IMG/VR virus record: IMGVR_UViG_3300034069_000448
Span: 1-42,962 of that record
Reading direction: 5' to 3' (one strand)
Source: a virus
Length of the DNA stretch: 42,962 nt
The notes under the pieces are model-generated. The model was not told where the DNA came from. It searched no databases and was given only the letters and a program-made list of their open reading frames with translations. Shown here one piece after another: positions 1-6,203 of this stretch; the first letter of the stretch is position 1, and every line of letters begins with the position of its first letter. A program made the translations under genes and the position numbers.

Positions 1-141
1 CCTACTACACCTATTGGGCTCGGTACGGCCTCGCGATGGCGCAGCTGCTAGCCCTTCCGGGCGGGACTGATTGGGGTCGCGTGCGCCGGACGTGGTGCTG
101 CTACCGAAAGAGCGCGACGGTCGACTGGTTCGCCCGTCTGC
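1..141. repeat. Terminal overlap copy 1 (identical to 42822..42962)
   Basis: Direct comparison of the two ends: cctactacacctattgggctcgg...ttcgcccgtctgc is present at both ends. Confidence 0.95.
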
Positions 142-164
142 TGGCCCGTCGTCATGCACTATGA
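1..164 (+). CDS. C-terminal end of the wrap-around multi-pass membrane protein (N-terminus at 42536)
   Basis: The frame-3 reading continues the ORF that runs off the window end. Stop TGA at 162..164 overlaps the next ATG (ATGA). Confidence 0.75.
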   Translation, partial: YYTYWARYGLAMAQLLALPGGTDWGRVRRTWCCYRKSATVDWFARLLARRHAL

Positions 165-574
165 GCCGCACCTTCCATTTGGCCCTGCTCTGGCTTTCGT
201 TGCTGGGAGCATCGGAGCCGCCTCGCACCGCCATGCCGGACGCGGTGGAGGCCGGACGAGTAGCGGCGGGGCTCTCGGATTGGCAAACTATCACCTACTT
301 CCTGATCGTCCTTCTGGCGATCTCAACCGTGGAACGGCTGATCGCGGGCTGGCAGTCCCGATCCACCGCGGCGAAGCTGGCGGAGGCAATCGATGGCTTG
401 GCGGAGGCGACGCAGAGCCGCGCGACCGATATCAAGGTAACGCTAGCGCTGATCCAACAGGCGGAGGGCGACCTGAAGGGGCTGCTGACCAACGTCGGCG
501 CCAATCAGGCAGCGATCATCGGCCGCCTGGATCGCTTGGCCGAGGAGTTGAAGGACTCGACGGTGAGGACGTGA
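161..574 (+). CDS. Membrane-anchored coiled-coil protein (i-spanin-like architecture), 137 aa
   Basis: ATGA overlap with the upstream stop. Hydrophobic segments FHLALLWLSLLGA and ITYFLIVLLAISTV are followed by a heptad-like region (AKLAEAIDGLAEA...LDRLAEELK). Confidence 0.65.
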   Translation: MSRTFHLALLWLSLLGASEPPRTAMPDAVEAGRVAAGLSDWQTITYFLIVLLAISTVERLIAGWQSRSTAAKLAEAIDGLAEATQSRATDIKVTLALIQQAEGDLKGLLTNVGANQAAIIGRLDRLAEELKDSTVRT

Positions 575-750
575 AAGCCATAGGCCGCGCTCTCGGATCG
601 GTGTTCCGCGGCATCTACGACAAAGCCGGGCAGGTGTCGCCCGACGACGCTCTACTCGCGTCAATCGAAAAATTGAACCGCGTGACGGACGCCATGCGCG
701 ACGATGACGCAAGGGGACGGGCTGCCGACGATGTTGCGAGCAATCGATGA
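571..750 (+). CDS. Small hypothetical protein, 59 aa
   Basis: GTG start in a GTGA overlap with the upstream stop. GAGGAC lies just upstream. ATGA overlap with the next gene. Confidence 0.5.
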   Translation: MKAIGRALGSVFRGIYDKAGQVSPDDALLASIEKLNRVTDAMRDDDARGRAADDVASNR

Positions 751-1160
751 CAACCGCTGATCTGACGCTTTGGCTATACGGCCTATGCTGCTGGGGCGCG
801 TCGCTGAACTTTCCGGCTTGGGCGCGGCTGCTGTTCCGCCAGATGAGCCCGGCGCGCTTGGTGCCGTGGCATCGCGACGTGCGCTTCATGAGCCGGCTAG
901 GTCTAACGATCCTCTCGTTCGGGATCGCCGGGCTGTCGGGCGCCCGGTTCTTCGGTGCGCTGTTCACGGGCACCACAATCGCTTTGCCGGGTGCTTGGGT
1001 GACCGTGTTCATCGCCTGCATGGCATGCGCCGAGCCTTTCTTCCTGCGCATCGACGAGGTCCACGCGATCGAGCGCGGCGGTAAGTCAATCGGTTGGCGA
1101 CTCTATTGGATCGGCGTCGTGACGGGAACGACGCTGCTTATCGTGATGAGGATGGCATGA
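747..1160 (+). CDS. Multi-pass membrane protein (holin candidate), 137 aa
   Basis: ATGA overlaps at both ends. Three to four hydrophobic helices (LTLWLYGLCCWGA, LGLTILSFGIAGL, ALPGAWVTVFIACMA, LYWIGVVTGTTLLIV). Confidence 0.7.
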   Translation: MTTADLTLWLYGLCCWGASLNFPAWARLLFRQMSPARLVPWHRDVRFMSRLGLTILSFGIAGLSGARFFGALFTGTTIALPGAWVTVFIACMACAEPFFLRIDEVHAIERGGKSIGWRLYWIGVVTGTTLLIVMRMA

Positions 1161-1768
1161 TGACCGACCAACGCACCGCCCTATTCGACGCGATCCGGCC
1201 GTTGATGCCGGACAAGCGGTTTCAGCCCGATCATGTGCAGGCAATCGACATGCTGGCGGACAAGCTTGGCTATCAGCGCCTCGACGCGGTGCCGACCAAA
1301 GCAAACGGCCCAACTATCCCCGACAGCTATTGGCCGATGCTCGCCAAGATCGAAAGCGGCGGGAACCCCATGGCGAAGGCGGGAACGTCGTCGGCGTCGG
1401 GCCTGTACCAGTTCATCCGGGCGACGTGGATCGGAGAAGGCGGCGCTTGGGGTAGCGACATGTCGAAGCCCTTTGGTGGGCTGAAGCCTACACCGGATGA
1501 ACAGACAGCACGTGCTAAAACGTTCACCGCCAAGAACGCGGTGGCGCTCCTGCGTGCCGGCATCCCAGTCAACAACGCCTCGCTCTACGCGGCCCACTTT
1601 GCCGGGGTAGGCACGGCTGCCAAGCTGATCGGCGCGGATGTGAAGGCACGGGCAGACCTGATCGCAGGAGAGGCCGCGACCAAGGCAAACGAGTCGATCC
1701 TTCGCGGTAAGACGGTCGGCGACTTCCTGTCGTGGCTTCAGCGGAAAACGGGAGCATGGGCGCGATGA
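1157..1768 (+). CDS. SLT-type lytic transglycosylase / endolysin candidate, 203 aa
   Basis: ATGA overlap start. Motif AKIESGGNP...SSASGLYQFIRATW matches the E-S...GLxQ...TW signature of soluble lytic transglycosylase domains. Confidence 0.75.
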   Translation: MMTDQRTALFDAIRPLMPDKRFQPDHVQAIDMLADKLGYQRLDAVPTKANGPTIPDSYWPMLAKIESGGNPMAKAGTSSASGLYQFIRATWIGEGGAWGSDMSKPFGGLKPTPDEQTARAKTFTAKNAVALLRAGIPVNNASLYAAHFAGVGTAAKLIGADVKARADLIAGEAATKANESILRGKTVGDFLSWLQRKTGAWAR

Positions 1769-2004
1769 CTCTCGCCGCGCAACAGGACGCCACAGCACGG
1801 TGGATGGGCTACCCTGACGCCGAGGCAATGAACCAAGACCACGACACGACGCACATGCTCTTGACCGCCTGGCTCGGCATCCCCTCGCATTCGCTAATGT
1901 GCGCTCGCGGTGAGGATCACGACGCCAAGCTGGCCGCGATCGAGGAGGACGCTGTGCTGTATGTGCAGCGGCTCATGGCGCATCATGGGAAGGCTTGGAT
2001 GTGA
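1765..2004 (+). CDS. Hypothetical protein, 79 aa
   Basis: ATGA overlap with the endolysin stop; GTGA overlap with the next gene. Confidence 0.6.
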   Translation: MTLAAQQDATARWMGYPDAEAMNQDHDTTHMLLTAWLGIPSHSLMCARGEDHDAKLAAIEEDAVLYVQRLMAHHGKAWM

Positions 2005-2249
2005 CCGAACAAGCGCGCTGGGAAATTGGCTTACTCGCACTAGTGGCCCTTGCCGCTGCCTGCCTAGCGGGGTGGTCAATTCAGAAAAACGACGCGTCCG
2101 GTGCGGCTGCCTGGTCGGCGCTGCTCATGGCGATCATCAATACCGTCAAGGAAGCGCGTCAATCCCGCACCATTGACCGGATGCAAGAAGGATTGCAGCG
2201 ATCTGCGCCTACGCCTGAGACTGTCGACAAGACGACGGTGGAGGGGTGA
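2001..2249 (+). CDS. Small two-helix membrane protein (holin/antiholin-like), 82 aa
   Basis: GTG in a GTGA overlap. Hydrophobic helices IGLLALVALAAACLAGW and AAWSALLMAIINTV. Last gene of the coupled cassette. Confidence 0.6.
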   Translation: MTEQARWEIGLLALVALAAACLAGWSIQKNDASGAAAWSALLMAIINTVKEARQSRTIDRMQEGLQRSAPTPETVDKTTVEG

Positions 2250-2250
2250 T

Positions 2251-2276
2251 GCTGCGGGCCGGGCTTGATACCGGCT
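2251..2276 (+). repeat. Repeat A copy 1: gctgcgggccgggcttgataccggct (contains hairpin gccgg/ccggc)
   Basis: The identical 26-mer recurs at 2646..2671. Each copy starts within 2 nt of a stop codon. Confidence 0.9.
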
Positions 2277-2432
2277 ACCCCTGGTTGTTCGCCTCTACCT
2301 CAGACCGCCTGCTACTTCCCAGCGGAGCGACCGCTGATATCTCACAAGTTAGGTTCGGCTCGTTCCCTTGGTTGCTTTTCACCTAGTTCCGGACTTCAGA
2401 TCAAAGCAGGGGTGCTAACCGTCGAATAACTC

Positions 2433-2457
2433 GCGTGTCCATCCACGCCGCCGCAGC
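2433..2457 (+). repeat. Repeat B copy 1: gcgtgtccatccacgccgccgcagc (hairpin gcgtg/cacgc, then ccgcagc complementary to the repeat A 5' end)
   Basis: 24/25 identity with 2742..2766. ccgcagc can pair with gctgcgg at 2251..2257. Confidence 0.85.
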
Positions 2458-2481
2458 CCAACGATACTACGGAGAACCCGA

Positions 2482-2646
2482 ATGAAAATCAACCTCACTC
2501 GCCTCGCCAAATCCGCCGTCCGCGTCGTCAAGCAGAACCCCGACAAGGCGCTGATCGTCGCGTCCATGCTGGCGCCGGGGATTGTGGCTAAGGTCGCGTC
2601 CAAGGTGGTGCCGGTCGTGGTGGCGTTGGGGAAGCCTAAGCGGTAG
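2482..2646 (+). CDS. 54-aa strongly cationic amphipathic peptide (MKINLTRLAKSAVRVVKQNPDKALIVASMLAPGIVAKVASKVVPVVVALGKPKR)
   Basis: ATG is preceded by GGAGA at -11..-7. Composition is 8 K + 3 R against 1 D (net about +10). It is below the ORF-track length cutoff and is bracketed by repeats B and A. Confidence 0.5.
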   Translation: MKINLTRLAKSAVRVVKQNPDKALIVASMLAPGIVAKVASKVVPVVVALGKPKR

Positions 2647-2671
2647 CTGCGGGCCGGGCTTGATACCGGCT
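2646..2671 (+). repeat. Repeat A copy 2
   Basis: Identical to 2251..2276. It begins at the last base of the TAG stop of the 54-aa ORF. Confidence 0.9.
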
Positions 2672-2741
2672 TCTACCAGCGGGCGAAGTAGGCTGGTAGT
2701 CTATATGGTCCTTGCCTAATCGCAGTTGCCTCGCCGACAAA

Positions 2742-2766
2742 GCGTGTCCTTCCACGCCGCCGCAGC
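2742..2766 (+). repeat. Repeat B copy 2: gcgtgtccttccacgccgccgcagc
   Basis: One mismatch to copy 1, located in the hairpin loop. It closes a stem with 2646..2652. Confidence 0.85.
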
Positions 2767-2811
2767 ACATCGCGGCTAGCATAGTCTAGCGCGATTTGCT
2801 AGTGTTATAGG

Positions 2812-2895
2812 GCTGCGGCATGTAGCTCAGTTGCGTCTAGAGCGTCCGATGCGTCGGGAGGTATGTGGGTTCGATTCCCGCCTTGTCGCAGCACC
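2812..2895 (+). ncRNA. tRNA-like element / degenerate tRNA with canonical D-arm and T-arm, an 11-bp acceptor-type stem, and the anticodon arm replaced by a 5-bp hairpin with a UGCG tetraloop
   Basis: Hand fold:
- Acceptor-type stem: gctgcggcatg (2812-2822) pairs with cttgtcgcagc (2882-2892).
- D-arm: gctc-agttgcgtcta-gagc.
- Anticodon-arm position: tccga-tgcg-tcggg.
- T-arm: gtggg-ttcgatt-cccgc.
- An alternative register gives only a 3-bp anticodon stem with loop aTGCGtc (GCG, Arg). Confidence 0.55.
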
Positions 2896-2943
2896 TTAAG
2901 TCCGGTTCGCCGGCCGCCTGGGTTGATCGCCGGGTGACGTGAT

Positions 2944-2970
2944 GGGCGGAGTCGCTTGGTGTCTCCGCCC
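2944..2970 (+). terminator. GC-rich hairpin, candidate terminator for the lysis/tRNA-like transcript
   Basis: gggcggag-tcgcttggtgt-ctccgccc forms an 8-bp stem followed by tcaccttta. The T tract is weak. Confidence 0.35.
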
Positions 2971-3305
2971 TCACCTTTAGCCGCCGTTGTCCATAGCCGC
3001 CTCCCTTCCTCACTCCCTACCAGCATGTCACGGGTGGGCGGGGTTGTCAGCCCTGCACGCGTGGCAGGTAATGCAGCCGCCCGCATGGACTGCGCCTATA
3101 CCAGTGGAAACCGGGCTTGAGGGTGAACGCGCCGCCCCAATGCCAGCCATGCGACCACAGCAGCACACGAAACCAGCGCGGGAGACGCCGACGCCTCACG
3201 ACCGATCTCCGAGAAGGGCGCGGGCGACCAAGGTGGCGAGTGAGCCCGTGACCACCGGGTAGGAACAACGCCCGCCTCCGATGAACTCACTCGCCGCCAT
3301 GATCG

Positions 3306-3476
3306 TCACTGACGTTTCACCTTCTGTGTATGTAGATGACGAGCATAGCAGAACCTCGACCACATGTCCCCGTATTCTGCTTCGGAAAGGCCAGGCTTGA
3401 GCGTTCGGCTGATATCAAACCACTCATCGCGGTCATATTCATTGAGCCGAACTGTAACTTTAGCGTTCACTGGCAT
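3306..3476 (-). CDS. Small hypothetical protein, 56 aa (MPVNAKVTVRLNEYDRDEWFDISRTLKPGLSEAEYGDMWSRFCYARHLHTQKVKRQ)
   Basis: Found by hand (below the track cutoff). The ATG overlaps the end of the upstream gene by 17 nt. The composition looks protein-like and the segment is visibly more A/T-rich. Confidence 0.45.
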   Translation of the reverse strand: MPVNAKVTVRLNEYDRDEWFDISRTLKPGLSEAEYGDMWSRFCYARHLHTQKVKRQ

Positions 3477-3858
3477 TCCCGTTGAGCAAGGCTCGCGCCT
3501 CTGTAATCGTCATCATGTCCCGGTCATAGCGGCGCTTCATGGCGGGATGGTCAAGCATGTTCGCGTACCGGCTGTCCAACTCGCTCGCCAGTTCGTCAGC
3601 CAGTTCGCGCACTCGCGCCAACGCGGCTTCGTGCTCGGCGATGAGGGTGGGCAGGTTGTTGCGGGACCAGATGATAAAGGCGGCATCTTCGTCGCTAAGC
3701 TGGCCACCCTCCCCCTGCACTGCGTCCACCTCGCCAGGCGTGGTGATCTCGCGAAACTGGCCGCCGTGGTCATCGTAGCCGACGCCACGATCTTCCCAAG
3801 GCCCCGGCGTCGCCGCCTCCACCAGCCGCTTTGCTTCGGTTAGGTCGGTCACCACCAC
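3460..3858 (-). CDS. ead/Ea22-like protein, 132 aa
   Basis: An ATPGPWE motif near the N-terminus and a coiled-coil C-terminus, as in lambdoid Ea22-like proteins. Confidence 0.7.
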   Translation of the reverse strand: MVVTDLTEAKRLVEAATPGPWEDRGVGYDDHGGQFREITTPGEVDAVQGEGGQLSDEDAAFIIWSRNNLPTLIAEHEAALARVRELADELASELDSRYANMLDHPAMKRRYDRDMMTITEARALLNGNASER

Positions 3859-3989
3859 GATCCTTTCACAAACGCCAGCAGTGCCACGTCAAGTGGGTCG
3901 GGCCTGCCATAATCCATGATGTCCCCTCCCTTATCGCGCTGATCGGCGATGCGCTTTTCGAGCCCTGCGATCAGTTCCTTGCGAGTCAT
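3849..3989 (-). CDS. Small hypothetical protein, 46 aa
   Basis: ATGA overlap with the upstream stop (3986..3989). In frame with the tail of track ORF 3849..4097. Confidence 0.45.
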   Translation of the reverse strand: MTRKELIAGLEKRIADQRDKGGDIMDYGRPDPLDVALLAFVKGSWW

Positions 3990-4153
3990 GGGCGTTCCTC
4001 TAGGATGCGGCGTGGGCGTTTGCCGACGATACGTAGCGGCGGAGAGGTTCGGCCGCGATCGGCTTCCAGAAACGGCACGCCAACAACATCGCGCCACACC
4101 GGACGCCCCGCCGCCACCTCCCTCGCGCGCTCGCTTGCGTCAGGATGGGTCAT
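3986..4153 (-). CDS. Small hypothetical protein, 55 aa
   Basis: ATGA overlaps at both ends. Hand-translated as MTHPDASERAREVAAGRPVW... Confidence 0.45.
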   Translation of the reverse strand: MTHPDASERAREVAAGRPVWRDVVGVPFLEADRGRTSPPLRIVGKRPRRILEERP

Positions 4154-4377
4154 GCGCCGTGTTCCTCAATGGCAGCAGACAGACGATCCATCGTCCATCC
4201 CGGACCTGTCGGCCGTTGCGCTGGCTGACCATCGAGAAAGCCGAGCGCGGTTTTAGCGATGGCAGTGTGCCGTTTGCGCTGGGACTTAGGCGCGCTCTTA
4301 GGTAGGCTCTCCAGCGTCGCAGCTTGGCATGACGCGAGATAGCAGAGGCAATCTAGCAGACGCTCTTGTTCGGTCAC
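4150..4377 (-). CDS. Hypothetical protein, 75 aa
   Basis: Track ORF with a GTG start 1 nt after the upstream stop. Confidence 0.55.
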   Translation of the reverse strand: MTEQERLLDCLCYLASCQAATLESLPKSAPKSQRKRHTAIAKTALGFLDGQPAQRPTGPGWTMDRLSAAIEEHGA

Positions 4378-4380
4378 CTC

Positions 4381-4500
4381 TCACTCTCCCTTGCTAGGAT
4401 GCGCGGCGCGTATTTCTGCTTCAGCACGGACGAACCACCGCCATGCAGAAGCCCGAATACGCTTCTCACGCTCCACCTCGGCTGCTTTGGGGGCGTTCAT
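4381..4500 (-). CDS. Small hypothetical protein, 39 aa
   Basis: ATGA overlap with the upstream stop at 4497..4500. Translates as MNAPKAAEVEREKRIRASAWRWFVRAEAEIRAAHPSKGE. Confidence 0.35.
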   Translation of the reverse strand: MNAPKAAEVEREKRIRASAWRWFVRAEAEIRAAHPSKGE

Positions 4501-4664
4501 CTGGTGGCGCCGTCCGAGCGTCGGCGAACCGTTACGCGCCAGCCGAACAGCAGCGGAATGACGCGACAGCTACGGCGATACCGCTCGCTGAATAGCACCG
4601 GGTAACCGGGCGACTTAAGGCCGTAGCGCGACCGACCGATATTGATGAAGAAGGCATGCCCCAT
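4497..4664 (-). CDS. Small hypothetical protein, 55 aa
   Basis: TGATG overlap with the upstream stop at 4664. Confidence 0.4.
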   Translation of the reverse strand: MGHAFFINIGRSRYGLKSPGYPVLFSERYRRSCRVIPLLFGWRVTVRRRSDGATR

Positions 4665-4960
4665 CACTCCCCCTCCTCCAGCGCGGGCGGGGCGGGGAGA
4701 GACTGCCAGTAGGTGGGCTGCAAGTCCAAGCTTACCCAATCTGGCATCCATCCGGTAAGTTCGCCGCCCATGCTGCCGCAGTCCTCAACCTCGACTGACT
4801 GCCAACGACCATGACGCCAAAAGCCCAGCGCATAGAATGGAGCGTCATCCGCTACGATCCACTGTCGATCGGCTTTGACAGCGAGGTAGAGAAGGAGAAC
4901 CGTCCCATCCCGCGGCGCCTCAGCGATCGGCCGCCAACCGTTGGGGTCAGTCATGCTCAT
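4664..4960 (-). CDS. Hypothetical protein (DUF551-like N-terminus GWRPIAEAPRDGTVLL), 98 aa
   Basis: The ATG at 4960 (or 4954) overlaps the upstream gene end. The W..I.E.P..G..VL pattern resembles DUF551 phage proteins. Confidence 0.55.
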   Translation of the reverse strand: MSMTDPNGWRPIAEAPRDGTVLLLYLAVKADRQWIVADDAPFYALGFWRHGRWQSVEVEDCGSMGGELTGWMPDWVSLDLQPTYWQSLPAPPALEEGE

Positions 4961-5201
4961 GGTTCTGCACCAGCCATTCGCGGCCATCGGCGGTGATCCG
5001 AGCGTCGCCGACATAGCAGGTCTTGCCGGACGGCTGGTAGAACGTCTGGCCGTAGCGCTCGACAAAGCCGAGTTCCTGCAACACCTCATTAGCGCGCCGG
5101 CTGCTGTTCCAATGGCTTGTCGTGGTCGCGTCGTATCGCTTCTGGTCGAGCTGGTTCAGCTGCCGTAGTCTGCGGACCTGAAGATGGGTTAGCTCACTCA
5201 C
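4947..5201 (-). CDS. Hypothetical protein, 84 aa
   Basis: GTGA overlap start; track ORF. Confidence 0.6.
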   Translation of the reverse strand: MSELTHLQVRRLRQLNQLDQKRYDATTTSHWNSSRRANEVLQELGFVERYGQTFYQPSGKTCYVGDARITADGREWLVQNHEHD

Positions 5202-5371
5202 GCTCTTCGCTCCTCGTTGGGTGGGTTAGGCGGGCGGGTCGCGATGGCGGTACGGATCGTCGCCTTGAACCGTTCTGCCCATGCGAGGTCTTCCGGCGTT
5301 GCCTCGGCAAGCACCTCCTCATCGGTCATCGCCATGATGCGCGCGACCTCTGCATCAATGGCCGGCGTCAC
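5198..5371 (-). CDS. Small hypothetical protein, 57 aa
   Basis: GTG at 5371 in a GTGA overlap with the upstream stop. Confidence 0.45.
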   Translation of the reverse strand: MTPAIDAEVARIMAMTDEEVLAEATPEDLAWAERFKATIRTAIATRPPNPPNEERRA

Positions 5372-5760
5372 AGCATCACCTCTCGGCGCGCACGCTCCTG
5401 CATGAGACTGTTGCCGCGTTCGACCCAAGGCACCCAACCAGCTTGGCCGCTCCACGTGTCGTAGAGGGCCTTGGCAGCGTCGTCGTTGGCGAAGCGATCA
5501 GACCTTTCTGCGGGCTTCACCAAATCAGCTGTTAGATGGTCAATCTGCGTAATCACCCCAAGCAGATCGGGTGCAGGCTTCCAACCAGTTGCGGCTGGAT
5601 GGTGCTTCTCCATCAATACCATCGCCAACCGGACAGCCGAACGATAGCCATTGTCGCAATCGGCAGTCGTGTTGAACTCGTCGCGATAAGACCCATGCTC
5701 GCTTGCGTGCGGCACGCCCGTGGGCTCGCGATAGAACCGATTGTTGGTCGCGTCACTCAC
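5368..5760 (-). CDS. Hypothetical protein, 130 aa
   Basis: GTG at 5760 in a GTGA overlap; track ORF 5368..5772. Confidence 0.6.
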   Translation of the reverse strand: MSDATNNRFYREPTGVPHASEHGSYRDEFNTTADCDNGYRSAVRLAMVLMEKHHPAATGWKPAPDLLGVITQIDHLTADLVKPAERSDRFANDDAAKALYDTWSGQAGWVPWVERGNSLMQERARREVML

Positions 5761-6005
5761 AGCCGCCCCCAAATATGCTTAGCATTGCGCATGGCTTGGC
5801 AGCCAAGCGCGAAGTTGTAGCGATGCATGACGCCGGTCGAAGCAGCGCAAATGAACCAGCGCCCCTTAGTGCCGATGTCGAGTAGAGCGGCCTTGACGGC
5901 ATCACGACACGCACGACGTGCCTGAAGCGCGCCAGCTTTATCGGTCCAGACGACCCAATCGCGGTGCCCAAACCTAGCTTTGCGCTGCACCTCGTTGATC
6001 GTCAC
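5757..6005 (-). CDS. Hypothetical protein, 82 aa
   Basis: GTGA overlap start; track ORF. Confidence 0.6.
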   Translation of the reverse strand: MTINEVQRKARFGHRDWVVWTDKAGALQARRACRDAVKAALLDIGTKGRWFICAASTGVMHRYNFALGCQAMRNAKHIWGRL

Positions 6006-6157
6006 GCCCGCGCCTCCACCTTCCAGCTTCCGGCGAAAGTAGCGTGCACGACAACCCCATCAGCACGGCTGAAGCGATGCGGATCGAACATGTCTGCAAC
6101 AAAGCCGCGACGGGTCAGGGCCTTCGCTAGCGCATAGTGTGTCGGGTAGCTCTTCAC
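6002..6157 (-). CDS. First gene of the accessory operon, 51 aa
   Basis: GTG start preceded by GGAGA with a 7-nt spacer. Hand-translated as VKSYPTHYALAKALTRRGFVADMF... Confidence 0.45.
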   Translation of the reverse strand: MKSYPTHYALAKALTRRGFVADMFDPHRFSRADGVVVHATFAGSWKVEARA

Positions 6158-6173
6158 CGCTTGTCTCCGTAAC

Positions 6174-6203
6174 CGATGGCGCTTATATAAGCGATGGCGC
6201 TTA
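6174..6203. promoter_or_regulatory. Divergent control region: direct repeat cgatggcgctta x2 (6174..6185, 6192..6203) around the perfect palindrome cgcttatataagcg (6180..6193)
   Basis: Read directly from the sequence. It lies between the divergent starts at 6157 (-) and 6231 (+). The tatataa core is a possible -10 element. Confidence 0.5.

Noticed and set aside
1-141. Physical direct terminal repeats (T7-style DTR)
   Set aside because: The repeat falls inside a membrane-protein CDS, and its length equals a common assembler k-mer. A circularisation artefact is more parsimonious, but only read-level data can settle it.
154-750. 198-aa plus-strand ORF spanning two called genes
   Set aside because: Only its last 59 codons (from the GTG at 571, in a GTGA overlap) look coding. 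The upstream part is a Gly/Arg-rich shadow of the 161..574 membrane/coiled-coil gene.
2001-2249. o-spanin or u-spanin lipoprotein assignment based on LVALAAAC
   Set aside because: Position -3 is Ala rather than Leu/Val/Ile. A second hydrophobic helix follows only 15 residues after the Cys, which does not fit either spanin architecture.
2812-2895. Calling this element a functional tRNA-Arg(GCG)
   Set aside because: A register with a 7-nt loop leaves only 3 of 5 anticodon-stem pairs and a pyrimidine at position 37. The more stable fold has a 4-nt loop. It is reported as tRNA-like/degenerate instead.
2900-3300. Overlapping ORFs 2987..3262 (+), 3047..3268 (-), 3096..3290 (-) and 2805..3086 (-)
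   Set aside because: None has a convincing start or SD sequence or protein-like composition. The C-terminal half of 3047..3268 (-) (VLLWSHGWHWGGAFTLKPGFHWY...) has good third-position GC and might be real, but I cannot support a call. The region is left unannotated.
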